This document shows, piece by piece, positions 1 to 8,207 of a DNA stretch of 64,000 nt (position 1 is the stretch's first letter; each line of letters opens with the position of its first letter). Source of the stretch: a virus; the IMG/VR virus record IMGVR_UViG_3300035193_000067, positions 32,001-96,000 of that record; one strand, 5' to 3'. Made by a program: the position numbers and the translations under genes. The notes under the pieces were generated by a model. It saw only the letters and a list, made by a program, of their open reading frames with translations, did no database searches and was not told the DNA's origin.

Positions 1-234
1 CTCCGCTAGCCTGTAACACCACTCTGAAAGCTTAAGCATAGCTTCTTTTGTTGTAGGCTTCTCACACTCAGTAATATGCAGCTCAGCTTTTACACAAGGC
101 TTTTCGCAGTAATGACCATAAATCTTTAAAGACATGTCCTGACTAAGAGTATTGTCGTCATTAGTATGCAGCACTTCATAATCCAGGCGTAAGATCTCTC
201 CAGAAGCCTTCTCTATGTTTTTCAGCTTAATCAT
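1..234 (-). CDS. hypothetical protein, partial (runs off window start)
   Basis: Manual translation: ATG at 234 preceded by AGGAGG; frame MIKLKNIEKASGEILRLDYEV... stays open to position 1. Not in the supplied ORF track. Confidence 0.7.
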   Translation of the reverse strand, partial: MIKLKNIEKASGEILRLDYEVLHTNDDNTLSQDMSLKIYGHYCEKPCVKAELHITECEKPTTKEAMLKLSEWCYRLAE

Positions 235-248
235 TGCGTAGCCCCTCC

Positions 249-1256
249 TTAAAAGCCGTAGTGCTCTTTTACGCCCTTTTCAAGCACTGCAAACACTTCA
301 GGAGCCTCTTTTAGCGCTTCAACAAAATTACCCAAACCCTGTGCTTTCAACTCCCCATAGGAATACCAACCACCACCACTTTTACTTACTAAATCAAGCC
401 CTTCAGCAAGATCAACAATCTCCTCTTCATAAGGAATACCTTCCCCGTACCTGACAATAGTCGAAGCTTCCCTGAATGGAGGTGCCAATTTGTTTTTGAT
501 AAACTTAACACGTACGTCATTATGGGTAGCAATACCGTCCTTGTCCTTATGTGTTTTGGTTCTTCGAATATCCAACCGCATAGAAGCAAAAAACTTAAGA
601 GCATTTCCCCCAGAGGTTGTTTCATTACTTCCGTACGTAACCCCTAGCTTACTTCTAATCTGATTAACCCATAAAAGAATCACACCAGAACTGCCAACAA
701 TGGAATTGAGCTTTCTGCATGCCTGGGACATCAACCGTGCCTGCGCACCCATTTGAGCATCACCCATCTCCCCATTAATTTCAGAGACAGGAGTAATAGC
801 TGCAACAGAATCAATCACAATAATATCACCTTCACCAAAAACCTTGCACATATCCTCAACAGAGTTCAAGCCCTGCTCACCTGAATCAGGCTGAAGGAGT
901 AACGCTTTGCTTAAATCAAACCCGAGATTGGAACAGTAGGAAGGATCCAAAGCATGCTCGAAATCGCAGTAAAAAACCATCCCACCTTTCTTTTGCACTT
1001 CTGCACAGGTCTGGATACAGATTGTGCTTTTCCCTGAACTCTCCGGTCCAAAGATCTCCACCATCCTCCCATGAGGTGCTCCACCGATTCCTGATGCAAT
1101 ATCCAGTTTCAGAGATCCGAAAGAGGTGTGCGGGACTTCATTTTTAATATCCGTCTCATCCATTACCATAATCTCTGTTTTATTCAACTTATTGAACTGC
1201 TGCAAAATATCCTGTACAGATCGTGTTGCAACTTTTTCACTCTTTTTCTTAGCCAT
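249..1256 (-). CDS. recA: RecA recombinase
   Basis: Walker A GPESSGKST, DFEHALDP, QPDSGEQ, IDSVAA, GAQARLMSQACRK, NQIRSKLG, TSGGNALKFFAS and KNKLAPPF are all RecA signature motifs; AGGAGG RBS upstream. Confidence 0.97.
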   Translation of the reverse strand: MAKKKSEKVATRSVQDILQQFNKLNKTEIMVMDETDIKNEVPHTSFGSLKLDIASGIGGAPHGRMVEIFGPESSGKSTICIQTCAEVQKKGGMVFYCDFEHALDPSYCSNLGFDLSKALLLQPDSGEQGLNSVEDMCKVFGEGDIIVIDSVAAITPVSEINGEMGDAQMGAQARLMSQACRKLNSIVGSSGVILLWVNQIRSKLGVTYGSNETTSGGNALKFFASMRLDIRRTKTHKDKDGIATHNDVRVKFIKNKLAPPFREASTIVRYGEGIPYEEEIVDLAEGLDLVSKSGGGWYSYGELKAQGLGNFVEALKEAPEVFAVLEKGVKEHYGF

Positions 1257-1279
1257 AAAGACCTCCTGAAAGGAAAAAC

Positions 1280-1322
1280 ACAGGTCTTGAGGTACCTATT
1301 GAGTTAGTACCAAAAGACCTGC
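1280..1322 (-). terminator. hairpin / probable intrinsic terminator or attenuator between ssb-like gene and recA
   Basis: Minus strand GCAGGTCTT-tt-GGTAC...GTACC-tc-AAGACCTGT stem followed by GTTTTTCCTTT. Confidence 0.55.
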
Positions 1323-1339
1323 ATTATTTTATTGAAAAA

Positions 1340-2674
1340 TTACCATTTTTCAGGCTGGTCGCCTGCTTCACCCCTGTCAGGAAGATCAAACACATCAGGC
1401 TCAGCGTCTGCAGACATTCCAGGAACACTGGGAACCATAGGAGGAGCTGTCTGAGCTACAGGAGGAGCTGTCTGAGCTACAGGAGGAGCTGTCTGAGCTA
1501 CAGGAGGAGCTGTTTGAGCTACAGGAGGAGCTGTCTGAGCTACAGGAGGAGCTGTTTGAGCTACAGGAGGTGCTGTCTGAGCTACAGGAGGTGCTGTCAT
1601 ACCTGGAACCATAGGAGGTGCTGCAGGAGCTGCCACAGCTGCCTGTTTAGGGATATACGCGTTCATACTCTGGGCAGGAACGTTGGCAGACGAAGAAGAC
1701 CCCCCAATGTACTGCTGCATTTCTTCAGCAGTGAGGATGCTAATAATCTCTGAAGGATCAGCCATGTTGGAAAGGCTTGTCATATAGGTCTTCCAAGCCT
1801 CTTCAGGTTGCACATAATCCCCGAGAGTTACTGTATAATCAGTATCTCTGAAATTATTATTGCTGCATTTGGTTGTATCCTTATCTACTTCAATCAAACG
1901 CAACCCTTCTGGATCATCAAAAACAAAAAACGGAAGATGGCCTTTATCAGCTGCTTTCTCATAAAACTTGTTAAGCATTTTAACAATGCTTGTAGGAGTA
2001 ATCCAGTACTGATAGCCTGCATCTTCCCCCTCAGGGATCTGAACAGTTCCTTTGATTCGTCCGTAGTCAACTACCTGAGTAATATACTTGTCAGATACTT
2101 CATACGTCCTGGTAGCAGCGATAAAAGTCTCACTGAGAATCGGATCAGAATCAACAATGGATTTGTAAGCCTTTCCTTTAGGCTTCTCTATCAGTCCACG
2201 ATCCTCCAGTACCTGTGTCCAGCGCTCATTGTGATCATCCCAGGCCTGTTTACGTGCTTTACAGAACGGGCAGGACCCGTCCTTGAACATCTTGGATTTT
2301 CCCCAGACCTGAGTAAGGTACTTGTTGAACTCATTGGGACAAATGAAAGTATGGAAACCTGTAGACCCGTCCTCACGCTCGTACTTGTCAATGGAGTGTA
2401 CAGGAATCTTGAAGTGATAGGTGTAGACAGGATCCTCTCCCTGACGAGGTGCCAGTGGGTTTCCTGCAACAAGGCCCAGTGCTTCCGCCTCTTCAGGTGT
2501 CTTGTTAAAGATCTTCCACATATCCGGTTGATACAGAGGAATATACAGTTCATTGGTGAATGATTTACCCGTCTGATGGGGCAGGGGTTTATACATTCTG
2601 GTCAGTTTTGTTGCGGAGGAAGTACCTTCAACTTCAGTACGTGCTGCCGCAGGTGCGTTGTAAGTTATTTTCAT
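1340..2674 (-). CDS. probable single-stranded DNA-binding protein (T4 gp32-like) with Pro/Ala-rich repeat linker
   Basis: Lies directly upstream of recA; H/C...CPFC putative Zn ligands; 'RDTDYTV' resembles gp32-family C-terminal strand; long low-complexity linker and acidic tail ending in an aromatic residue. Confidence 0.6.
   Translation of the reverse strand: MKITYNAPAAARTEVEGTSSATKLTRMYKPLPHQTGKSFTNELYIPLYQPDMWKIFNKTPEEAEALGLVAGNPLAPRQGEDPVYTYHFKIPVHSIDKYEREDGSTGFHTFICPNEFNKYLTQVWGKSKMFKDGSCPFCKARKQAWDDHNERWTQVLEDRGLIEKPKGKAYKSIVDSDPILSETFIAATRTYEVSDKYITQVVDYGRIKGTVQIPEGEDAGYQYWITPTSIVKMLNKFYEKAADKGHLPFFVFDDPEGLRLIEVDKDTTKCSNNNFRDTDYTVTLGDYVQPEEAWKTYMTSLSNMADPSEIISILTAEEMQQYIGGSSSSANVPAQSMNAYIPKQAAVAAPAAPPMVPGMTAPPVAQTAPPVAQTAPPVAQTAPPVAQTAPPVAQTAPPVAQTAPPVAQTAPPMVPSVPGMSADAEPDVFDLPDRGEAGDQPEKW
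1440..1598. repeat. 21-bp tandem repeat, 7 full copies plus a partial copy, encoding (TAPPVAQ)n
   Basis: GGAGGAGCTGT[C/T]TGAGCTACA units starting at 1440, 1461, 1482, 1503, 1524, 1545, 1566; in-frame within the SSB-like gene. Confidence 0.95.
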
Positions 2675-2686
2675 AAAATACTCCTT

Positions 2687-2962
2687 TTAGATAACCTTGT
2701 CATAGGTTTGTTCAAAAATGTCAGGCTTGCAGGGATAGAATTCACCCTGTACACCTTTAATTATATAATCACCAATAGATGCAACCATTACCCCTTCCAG
2801 AGTGGTAATCTTAAACTGACCATCCGCAGGATCAATTCCGTAACCACATTCATGAAAAGCTCCCAAGCCTTTCACTCCCATAAAATCAAGGACATCCTCA
2901 ACATTATGAGTGTTTAATTTTATTGCATCAACTTCTACAGGCTTCTTTCTGTACTTAGCCAT
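2687..2962 (-). CDS. conserved small phage protein
   Basis: KYRKKPVEVDA...TLEG...GDYIIKGVQGEFYPCKPDIFEQTY is a widespread phage protein pattern of unknown function. Confidence 0.8.
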   Translation of the reverse strand: MAKYRKKPVEVDAIKLNTHNVEDVLDFMGVKGLGAFHECGYGIDPADGQFKITTLEGVMVASIGDYIIKGVQGEFYPCKPDIFEQTYDKVI

Positions 2963-3599
2963 TGTTTACCTCATTTTCTACAGGAATGAAATCATTTTCT
3001 TCATTCAGTTTGTATAGTACATTAGGGAGAAGTCCGTTCTCTCCGATATACCCTGTCTTTAACCGGTAACGACCTTCCTCATAATCTGCATATACAATAG
3101 AAACCATCCCCCTCCACCCAGCAGAAACAGATCCACCTAACCCCGCTGTAGCAAACCCATAGAACCCCGCTTTAGCAACCCCTCCAAACCCAGCTGTTGC
3201 AAACCCCCCATAACCTACAACAGCTGTTTGGTTATCTGCAACAGCAATTATTGCACCTGCAACATTGGCAGGGTCAGCCCCTTTCTCGATAATAAAATCT
3301 GTGGCAGCTTTGCGGTCCCCGCAGAACTCTACATAACCTGATTTAAATTTTACCATACCATTCAGACCTACAACACCGCCATCCACACGAACAACCACCC
3401 ACTTAGCGTTAGGAGACCAGTCTAATGCTACACCTGCACCAGAGCCCCACAACAATCCGTGGAGACCTTTACCGAAGATGGGTTCAGGATCCCAGTCAGG
3501 AGCTTCCACGTAACCGTAGGAAGGCCATTGGAAACCGTTATAAGATGTCAAGTCCTCATTGCAGGTCCTTAAAACATACACTGGTTTGTTTTCTTTCAT
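2955..3599 (-). CDS. ice-nucleation-protein-like protein (INP N- and C-terminal domains with very short repeat core)
   Basis: VLRTC...GFQWP..G.VE...W...GLHGLLWG.G...AKWVV...GMVKF...GDR..A..FI....ADPA parallels InaZ/InaK N-domain; GRYR....IGENGL.....Y..NEEND parallels their C-domain; about five 8-aa Gly/Ala repeats between. Confidence 0.75.
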   Translation of the reverse strand: MKENKPVYVLRTCNEDLTSYNGFQWPSYGYVEAPDWDPEPIFGKGLHGLLWGSGAGVALDWSPNAKWVVVRVDGGVVGLNGMVKFKSGYVEFCGDRKAATDFIIEKGADPANVAGAIIAVADNQTAVVGYGGFATAGFGGVAKAGFYGFATAGLGGSVSAGWRGMVSIVYADYEEGRYRLKTGYIGENGLLPNVLYKLNEENDFIPVENEVNNG

Positions 3600-3603
3600 T
3601 ACA

Positions 3604-4269
3604 TTACCTCATCTTCGGTGCAAAAGACTGCATCGATTGTGCACGATCAACATCTGACATAGGTCCTACATTTCCGTGCTTTTCCATTACCAATTCTTTC
3701 AAATCCTTCATGTGGAAAGATCTGGCTTCCAGACGCTTTGCTATATTCTGAAGAGTTTCCACCTGCTTCTTCATCTCTGACAAGGATCTCACCAAAGCTT
3801 CATAATACCAGACAGAAGTACCGGACACATACTTATACATGTCTTCAGAGAAATCCTCAAAAGTATCATGATGCACTCCACCACGCTTGGAGTAAGCATC
3901 GTATGCAAGCATGGCATACTTCTGTCTCAAAGACTCTGCAGTATTCTCTGAATAAATCATGATTACGTTGTCTTTAATAGATTCCATCGTAGGAGTCTTC
4001 TCACCATACGCTAGAGACAGCAATTTAGCAAATTTCTTATTATGTGCCCACCAGCTCTTCTCAAATTCGTTTTTAAAAAGGTCATAGCGGTTGTTATAAT
4101 TGATTGCCAGTTGCTCCCAACGTGCCTGGACAGCTGCATGAGTCTTGTACAGAGACTCTATCTGAGTTTCATCAAACTCAAGCAGATCGATGATATCCGT
4201 CTCAGGGACTTCCTCTTCAGACACTAAAGAGAATATCCCATTAGTGATTGCTACACGGAAGTTGCTCAT
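3604..4269 (-). CDS. hypothetical helical protein, possibly UvsY-like recombination mediator
   Basis: Helical/coiled-coil composition, C-terminal 'LQNIAKRLEARSFHMKDL', near ssb and recA. Function is inference only. Confidence 0.4.
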   Translation of the reverse strand: MSNFRVAITNGIFSLVSEEEVPETDIIDLLEFDETQIESLYKTHAAVQARWEQLAINYNNRYDLFKNEFEKSWWAHNKKFAKLLSLAYGEKTPTMESIKDNVIMIYSENTAESLRQKYAMLAYDAYSKRGGVHHDTFEDFSEDMYKYVSGTSVWYYEALVRSLSEMKKQVETLQNIAKRLEARSFHMKDLKELVMEKHGNVGPMSDVDRAQSMQSFAPKMR

Positions 4270-4790
4270 CAGTCAGATTCCTCCATTATCATATCGGAAA
4301 TAGCTCCAGCAGTCCAATAAGGCCCAAAACGATTAACCAGTACTGAAAAATCCTCCAGATCATGAGGTACAAGCTTATCACCGCTTGGATCGATATGCAT
4401 CAGCTCGTGTACCAGTGTCAGATCCTCCACCTGATCAGGGTTGTCCTGTACCATGTTCAACTTGTCATCATTCAATGCAATGAGAAAACGCAAATCAAAC
4501 AAATCCTCATCCACATTAGATACCGCTGAAAGATTCAACATGTTGTTTTGAGCCAGGAAACCTATGACGTACTTTGAGATAAGTGTCATAGGAGCTTTAC
4601 CAAAGTAGAAGCATTTACCCATCCATTTTGCTTTAGTGTTGCTAATTCTGACAAAGATCACCTGATCCAGATCCACATGACTGATCAGATCAATGTAGTC
4701 AGTATCCTGCTGCAGCTGCCTTGCACGGTTTTTCAGACCCATGTCAACTTCCCAAACTGCCCCTGATTTATCGATATCTTTCATAACCAA
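4269..4790 (-). CDS. putative phage metallopeptidase
   Basis: HELMH (HExxH) followed by VPHDLEDFSVLVNRFG, the pattern of the phage metallopeptidase family. Confidence 0.75.
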   Translation of the reverse strand: MVMKDIDKSGAVWEVDMGLKNRARQLQQDTDYIDLISHVDLDQVIFVRISNTKAKWMGKCFYFGKAPMTLISKYVIGFLAQNNMLNLSAVSNVDEDLFDLRFLIALNDDKLNMVQDNPDQVEDLTLVHELMHIDPSGDKLVPHDLEDFSVLVNRFGPYWTAGAISDMIMEESD

Positions 4791-4795
4791 ACCTC

Positions 4796-5182
4796 CTAGA
4801 AAGGAATACTATCCTCTTCTGTAAATGACTCTTTTGAGCCAATATATTTCTCAAATATTATTTTCAACGTTTTCTTCTGAGGACCTGAAAAATCTGTCTT
4901 TCTTCGCAGATCTTCCTGACACCTTAGCAGAAACGCCCTGTCCTGCACAGTAACTGATGTAGTCCTGTCCATTAAAGCTTTCAGCTCTACAAGCATCCTC
5001 TCAGAGTCAACCTGCGAAACAAAAGTAAGCATGTCTTTTTGAAAGTCAACAAGCCGATCCACAACTTCGTAACTCAGAAAAAGTGAAACATCTCCAGTAT
5101 CCAGCATGACTCCGTTTATCTCATCAAAATTGGTACTGCGCATATTCTTAATATCAGATCCTTTTACTATCAGAGACAACAT
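4796..5182 (-). CDS. hypothetical protein with SSB-like acidic C-terminal tail (EEDSIPF)
   Basis: 128-aa ORF packed between dnaX-like and peptidase genes; ends FTEEDSIPF. Confidence 0.65.
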   Translation of the reverse strand: MLSLIVKGSDIKNMRSTNFDEINGVMLDTGDVSLFLSYEVVDRLVDFQKDMLTFVSQVDSERMLVELKALMDRTTSVTVQDRAFLLRCQEDLRRKTDFSGPQKKTLKIIFEKYIGSKESFTEEDSIPF

Positions 5183-6274
5183 CTAATTGTTACCAAATGC
5201 AGCAGCAAAAAACATGGTGAAAATACTTTTTGGGTAACCAGATTCTTCCATCATAGAAGAGAACTCCTTCCATACATTTGTTAAATACTTGATATGATCA
5301 GCGTTTAATTTCATCTTCTTCCTAAAAGATTCCACAGGAATTCCTGACAAAAAAGGAGGAGCCTTCCCATCAAAACCGTTCAAATAAAGCAACATGTCTC
5401 TCAGCAAGTTAGGAATTCCGTCAAGATACAACTTCTGCAGATCAACCCCATTTGAATACCAGTTCTCCAGAGTTTGCAATGCGTACTTAACGTTCCAAAA
5501 ATTAAGAACCCCTGCCAGATCCCTGTAAACACTTCCTGAGAGAATACCAAACATACTCTCCAACAAACCAGAATCCAAAGTATCCCCGTTCGATGCCAGA
5601 ATAACCTGATCAAGATATTGCTGGACGTCCCTTAAAGATCCGTCACTCAGTAAAGATATGTCAGAGATAAAAGAATCTGTAAAGGGGATATTTTCACTCT
5701 GAAGAATTCTTTTTACTGATTCTGCCACACCTTCCACCGTAAGAGGAGTTAAAGGCATGGACAGACACCTGGAACGCACTGTTCTGACAAGCTTTTCAGG
5801 ATCTGTGGTTACCAGAATGAAAGTAACACCCTGAGGCGGCTCTTCAAGCAGTTTCAGGAAAGCTGCCTGAGCCTGAGGAGTGAACATGTGCACTTCATCG
5901 AAAATAAACACTTTCCTGTTGTAGGTCTTGACACGTAACACGTAATCCTCGAAGGATCGGACAAAATCAACCCCGTTGTTTGAGGCTGCATCAAACTCAA
6001 AAATATCCGGATGAGTGTCGTTTTCAGCATCTATACAAGACGGGCAGGTTCTGCAAGGATCTTCCCCAGGAGGAGAACTCTGGCAGTTTAATGACTTTGC
6101 GTAAATTCTTGCCAGAGTCGTCTTACCTGTACCACGTACCCCTGAGATAAGCATACCTGAAGGAACTCTGCCCATTTTAATGGAGTTCTTCATAATGGTA
6201 ACTGAGACATCCTGCCCGATTACCTCTGAATATACCTGTGGCCTATACTTCCTGGCAAGAACCTGATAAGACAC
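5183..6274 (-). CDS. dnaX: DNA polymerase III gamma/tau-like clamp loader subunit
   Basis: YQVLARKYRP, GVRGTGKTT, Zn-site C...CRTCPSC, EFDAASN, IFDEVHM, AFLKLLEEPP, TVRSRC, GSLRD; 363 aa (gamma length, no tau C-terminal domains). Confidence 0.92.
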   Translation of the reverse strand: MSYQVLARKYRPQVYSEVIGQDVSVTIMKNSIKMGRVPSGMLISGVRGTGKTTLARIYAKSLNCQSSPPGEDPCRTCPSCIDAENDTHPDIFEFDAASNNGVDFVRSFEDYVLRVKTYNRKVFIFDEVHMFTPQAQAAFLKLLEEPPQGVTFILVTTDPEKLVRTVRSRCLSMPLTPLTVEGVAESVKRILQSENIPFTDSFISDISLLSDGSLRDVQQYLDQVILASNGDTLDSGLLESMFGILSGSVYRDLAGVLNFWNVKYALQTLENWYSNGVDLQKLYLDGIPNLLRDMLLYLNGFDGKAPPFLSGIPVESFRKKMKLNADHIKYLTNVWKEFSSMMEESGYPKSIFTMFFAAAFGNN

Positions 6275-6276
6275 TT

Positions 6277-6546
6277 CTAATACCTCACGTGCTCTCTATT
6301 GATTCTTGTTTGAGCCTCTGTCAGTTCCTTACAGCAACCTCCACAGGAGCACTCGTCAGACTCTTCTTCAAGGTCACAGAACTCAGTCAGCTCATAAATG
6401 CCCTGTTCCCCATCAAGATCAACAAGAACCTTCAGGTAAAAATTATTAGGTTGTGCACCCAGCTCCAGAACTTCATAAGAAGCTCCTGCAGCATCAAGAG
6501 CTGTATATAAGAGTCTCTGTAACTTATCAAACTGTTTTCCACTCAT
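6277..6546 (-). CDS. hypothetical protein (Cys-rich C-terminal part)
   Basis: 89-aa ORF, start overlaps upstream stop; CSCGGCC motif. Confidence 0.6.
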   Translation of the reverse strand: MSGKQFDKLQRLLYTALDAAGASYEVLELGAQPNNFYLKVLVDLDGEQGIYELTEFCDLEEESDECSCGGCCKELTEAQTRINREHVRY

Positions 6547-7409
6547 TAGAATTTCTCCACAAATTTGTAAAACTGATTAGCAACATCAGTTTGGAATTTT
6601 TCCAGATCCTGAATACCTGCAAGATCCCACTTTGATTTTTTGGAATTTGCATGAAGAAGCTGACCCTCATGATGCTTGTAGTCTGGTGAGAAGTCCTTCA
6701 AGACTGATCCATTTCCTGAAGGATTTCTCATGAAATACGGAGGTACCGGATCTTTGAAGTTCAGAATATCTTCATAAGCCAGAGCTGCCCAGATACCTGC
6801 TGTCAACTTAATCAGGCATTCAAGCTGCTTCTCAGTCAGTAGAAATACTTTATGAGTGCTTCCCTGAATATACACCTTACCAACTTCATGAGGATCCAAA
6901 CCAAGCCTTTTACAGCGCTCTTCCGAGTATGCTTCAGGTTTTGTAGCAGCACTTGGGTACAGAGCATTCTCAATTCCTATTGAAGTCCTGTTAAGATCTC
7001 CGGCATGCCAGGCACATTCTACTGCATCAAGAGGCTGATAAATAACCCCTTTATCATCTGTCAAAAACTGAACAGATAACTTTCTTTCGAAATGCAGTGT
7101 ATTAAAGGCCTGACGAGCAGTGAAGCCTCCAGTATGGTGCTGGACTATCTGTTTGATGGCTGCAAGACCACCTTTTCGCTTACTGTAGCGCTTTCCCTTA
7201 ATTGAATGCTTAATGCGTTTTCCTGTTTTTCGACAGTCTTCATACCAGACACGTTTAGACGTATCATAACTGTTCAAACCCATTGCATCATCCCATTTAA
7301 GAACTTTTGTACCAATGTCGTAATAAACGCCATTCACACAAATAGCATTGTCACGATTAAAAGGCTCTCCTGTAAAGGATACAAACTTCTCATTTAATTC
7401 TTTTTTCAT
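6546..7409 (-). CDS. N-acetylmuramoyl-L-alanine amidase (Amidase_2 type), probable endolysin
   Basis: IVQHHTGG, LSVQFLTDDKGVIYQ, AWHAG, NRTSIGIEN, and late H...K.D Zn-ligand region. Confidence 0.8.
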   Translation of the reverse strand: MKKELNEKFVSFTGEPFNRDNAICVNGVYYDIGTKVLKWDDAMGLNSYDTSKRVWYEDCRKTGKRIKHSIKGKRYSKRKGGLAAIKQIVQHHTGGFTARQAFNTLHFERKLSVQFLTDDKGVIYQPLDAVECAWHAGDLNRTSIGIENALYPSAATKPEAYSEERCKRLGLDPHEVGKVYIQGSTHKVFLLTEKQLECLIKLTAGIWAALAYEDILNFKDPVPPYFMRNPSGNGSVLKDFSPDYKHHEGQLLHANSKKSKWDLAGIQDLEKFQTDVANQFYKFVEKF

Positions 7410-7430
7410 GTAAAATTCCTTCTCAAAATG

Positions 7431-8207
7431 TTAAAATATTTCATTAGACCACAACCACCACACATACCACTGACTCAACATTTGTGGATACAGATGAGGT
7501 TTAGAAAAACCATAAAGACCACAGGAGTAAAAATTATGAACTTCTATAACATACAGATTCCCATTGTAAACTCCTATATCTAAAGTGTACGCAGAAGGAT
7601 ATTCTGTAGGCTTTACCTTCTCGTATTCACGATCACATTCACGTGCAAAAGCCTGAATATCACAAGCCTGTTTAAACAGTTCTCCTTCATACTGCTTTAT
7701 GTCCAAAAGTAAACCGTTAAAAATAAAACATCGATACTCTGCATCAAAACCTGAAGGCAAGTATTCTGTTACCTGCCATCTTCCTGCAGGAATGTCAACA
7801 GACACTCCATTTAAAGGATGTTTTATCTTCTCCATAGACTTAATAAACACAGGAGCACTATATCCACATAGAGGCACATCCTGCTGGTTAAACACAGAGA
7901 TATCTTTCACAGCAATATAAGGATTCAAACCATAAAGATAAAGAGCTTTAGGAACATTTACAGGAGAAGGTACAGGTATATCGTTTAACTCAAAAAACCT
8001 GTGAACAAATTCAACAGATCCTACAGGCACACTACTGCAGACATCTTCCACTTTTTCAGGAGCTATACACAACTCCCACACCTTCTCCTTGTAAGAAGTA
8101 AGCGCACCATCATATACTCTATTCTGATACTTAATAGAATTAATAAGCTCCACCTGCCAATCAAACATAGGTAATCCATCAGTATCGCATTGAATTAAAA
8201 ACCTCAT
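7431..8207 (-). CDS. ATP-grasp domain protein (R2K clade / DUF4343-like)
   Basis: PVGSVEFV, FIKS, EYRCFIFNG, YTLDIGV, VIEVHNFYSCGLYG motif series. Confidence 0.75.
   Translation of the reverse strand: MRFLIQCDTDGLPMFDWQVELINSIKYQNRVYDGALTSYKEKVWELCIAPEKVEDVCSSVPVGSVEFVHRFFELNDIPVPSPVNVPKALYLYGLNPYIAVKDISVFNQQDVPLCGYSAPVFIKSMEKIKHPLNGVSVDIPAGRWQVTEYLPSGFDAEYRCFIFNGLLLDIKQYEGELFKQACDIQAFARECDREYEKVKPTEYPSAYTLDIGVYNGNLYVIEVHNFYSCGLYGFSKPHLYPQMLSQWYVWWLWSNEIF

Noticed and set aside
1440-1598. Repeat array as possible CRISPR
   Set aside because: Units are contiguous with no spacers and keep the reading frame; it is a coding tandem repeat.
1808-2563. 251-aa plus-strand ORF opposite the SSB-like gene
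   Set aside because: Fully antisense to a well-supported gene, no recognisable motifs.
5183-6274. dnaX-type gamma/tau frameshift
   Set aside because: The gene is already gamma-sized, I saw no slippery heptamer at its 3' end, and the next ORF does not resemble tau C-terminal domains.
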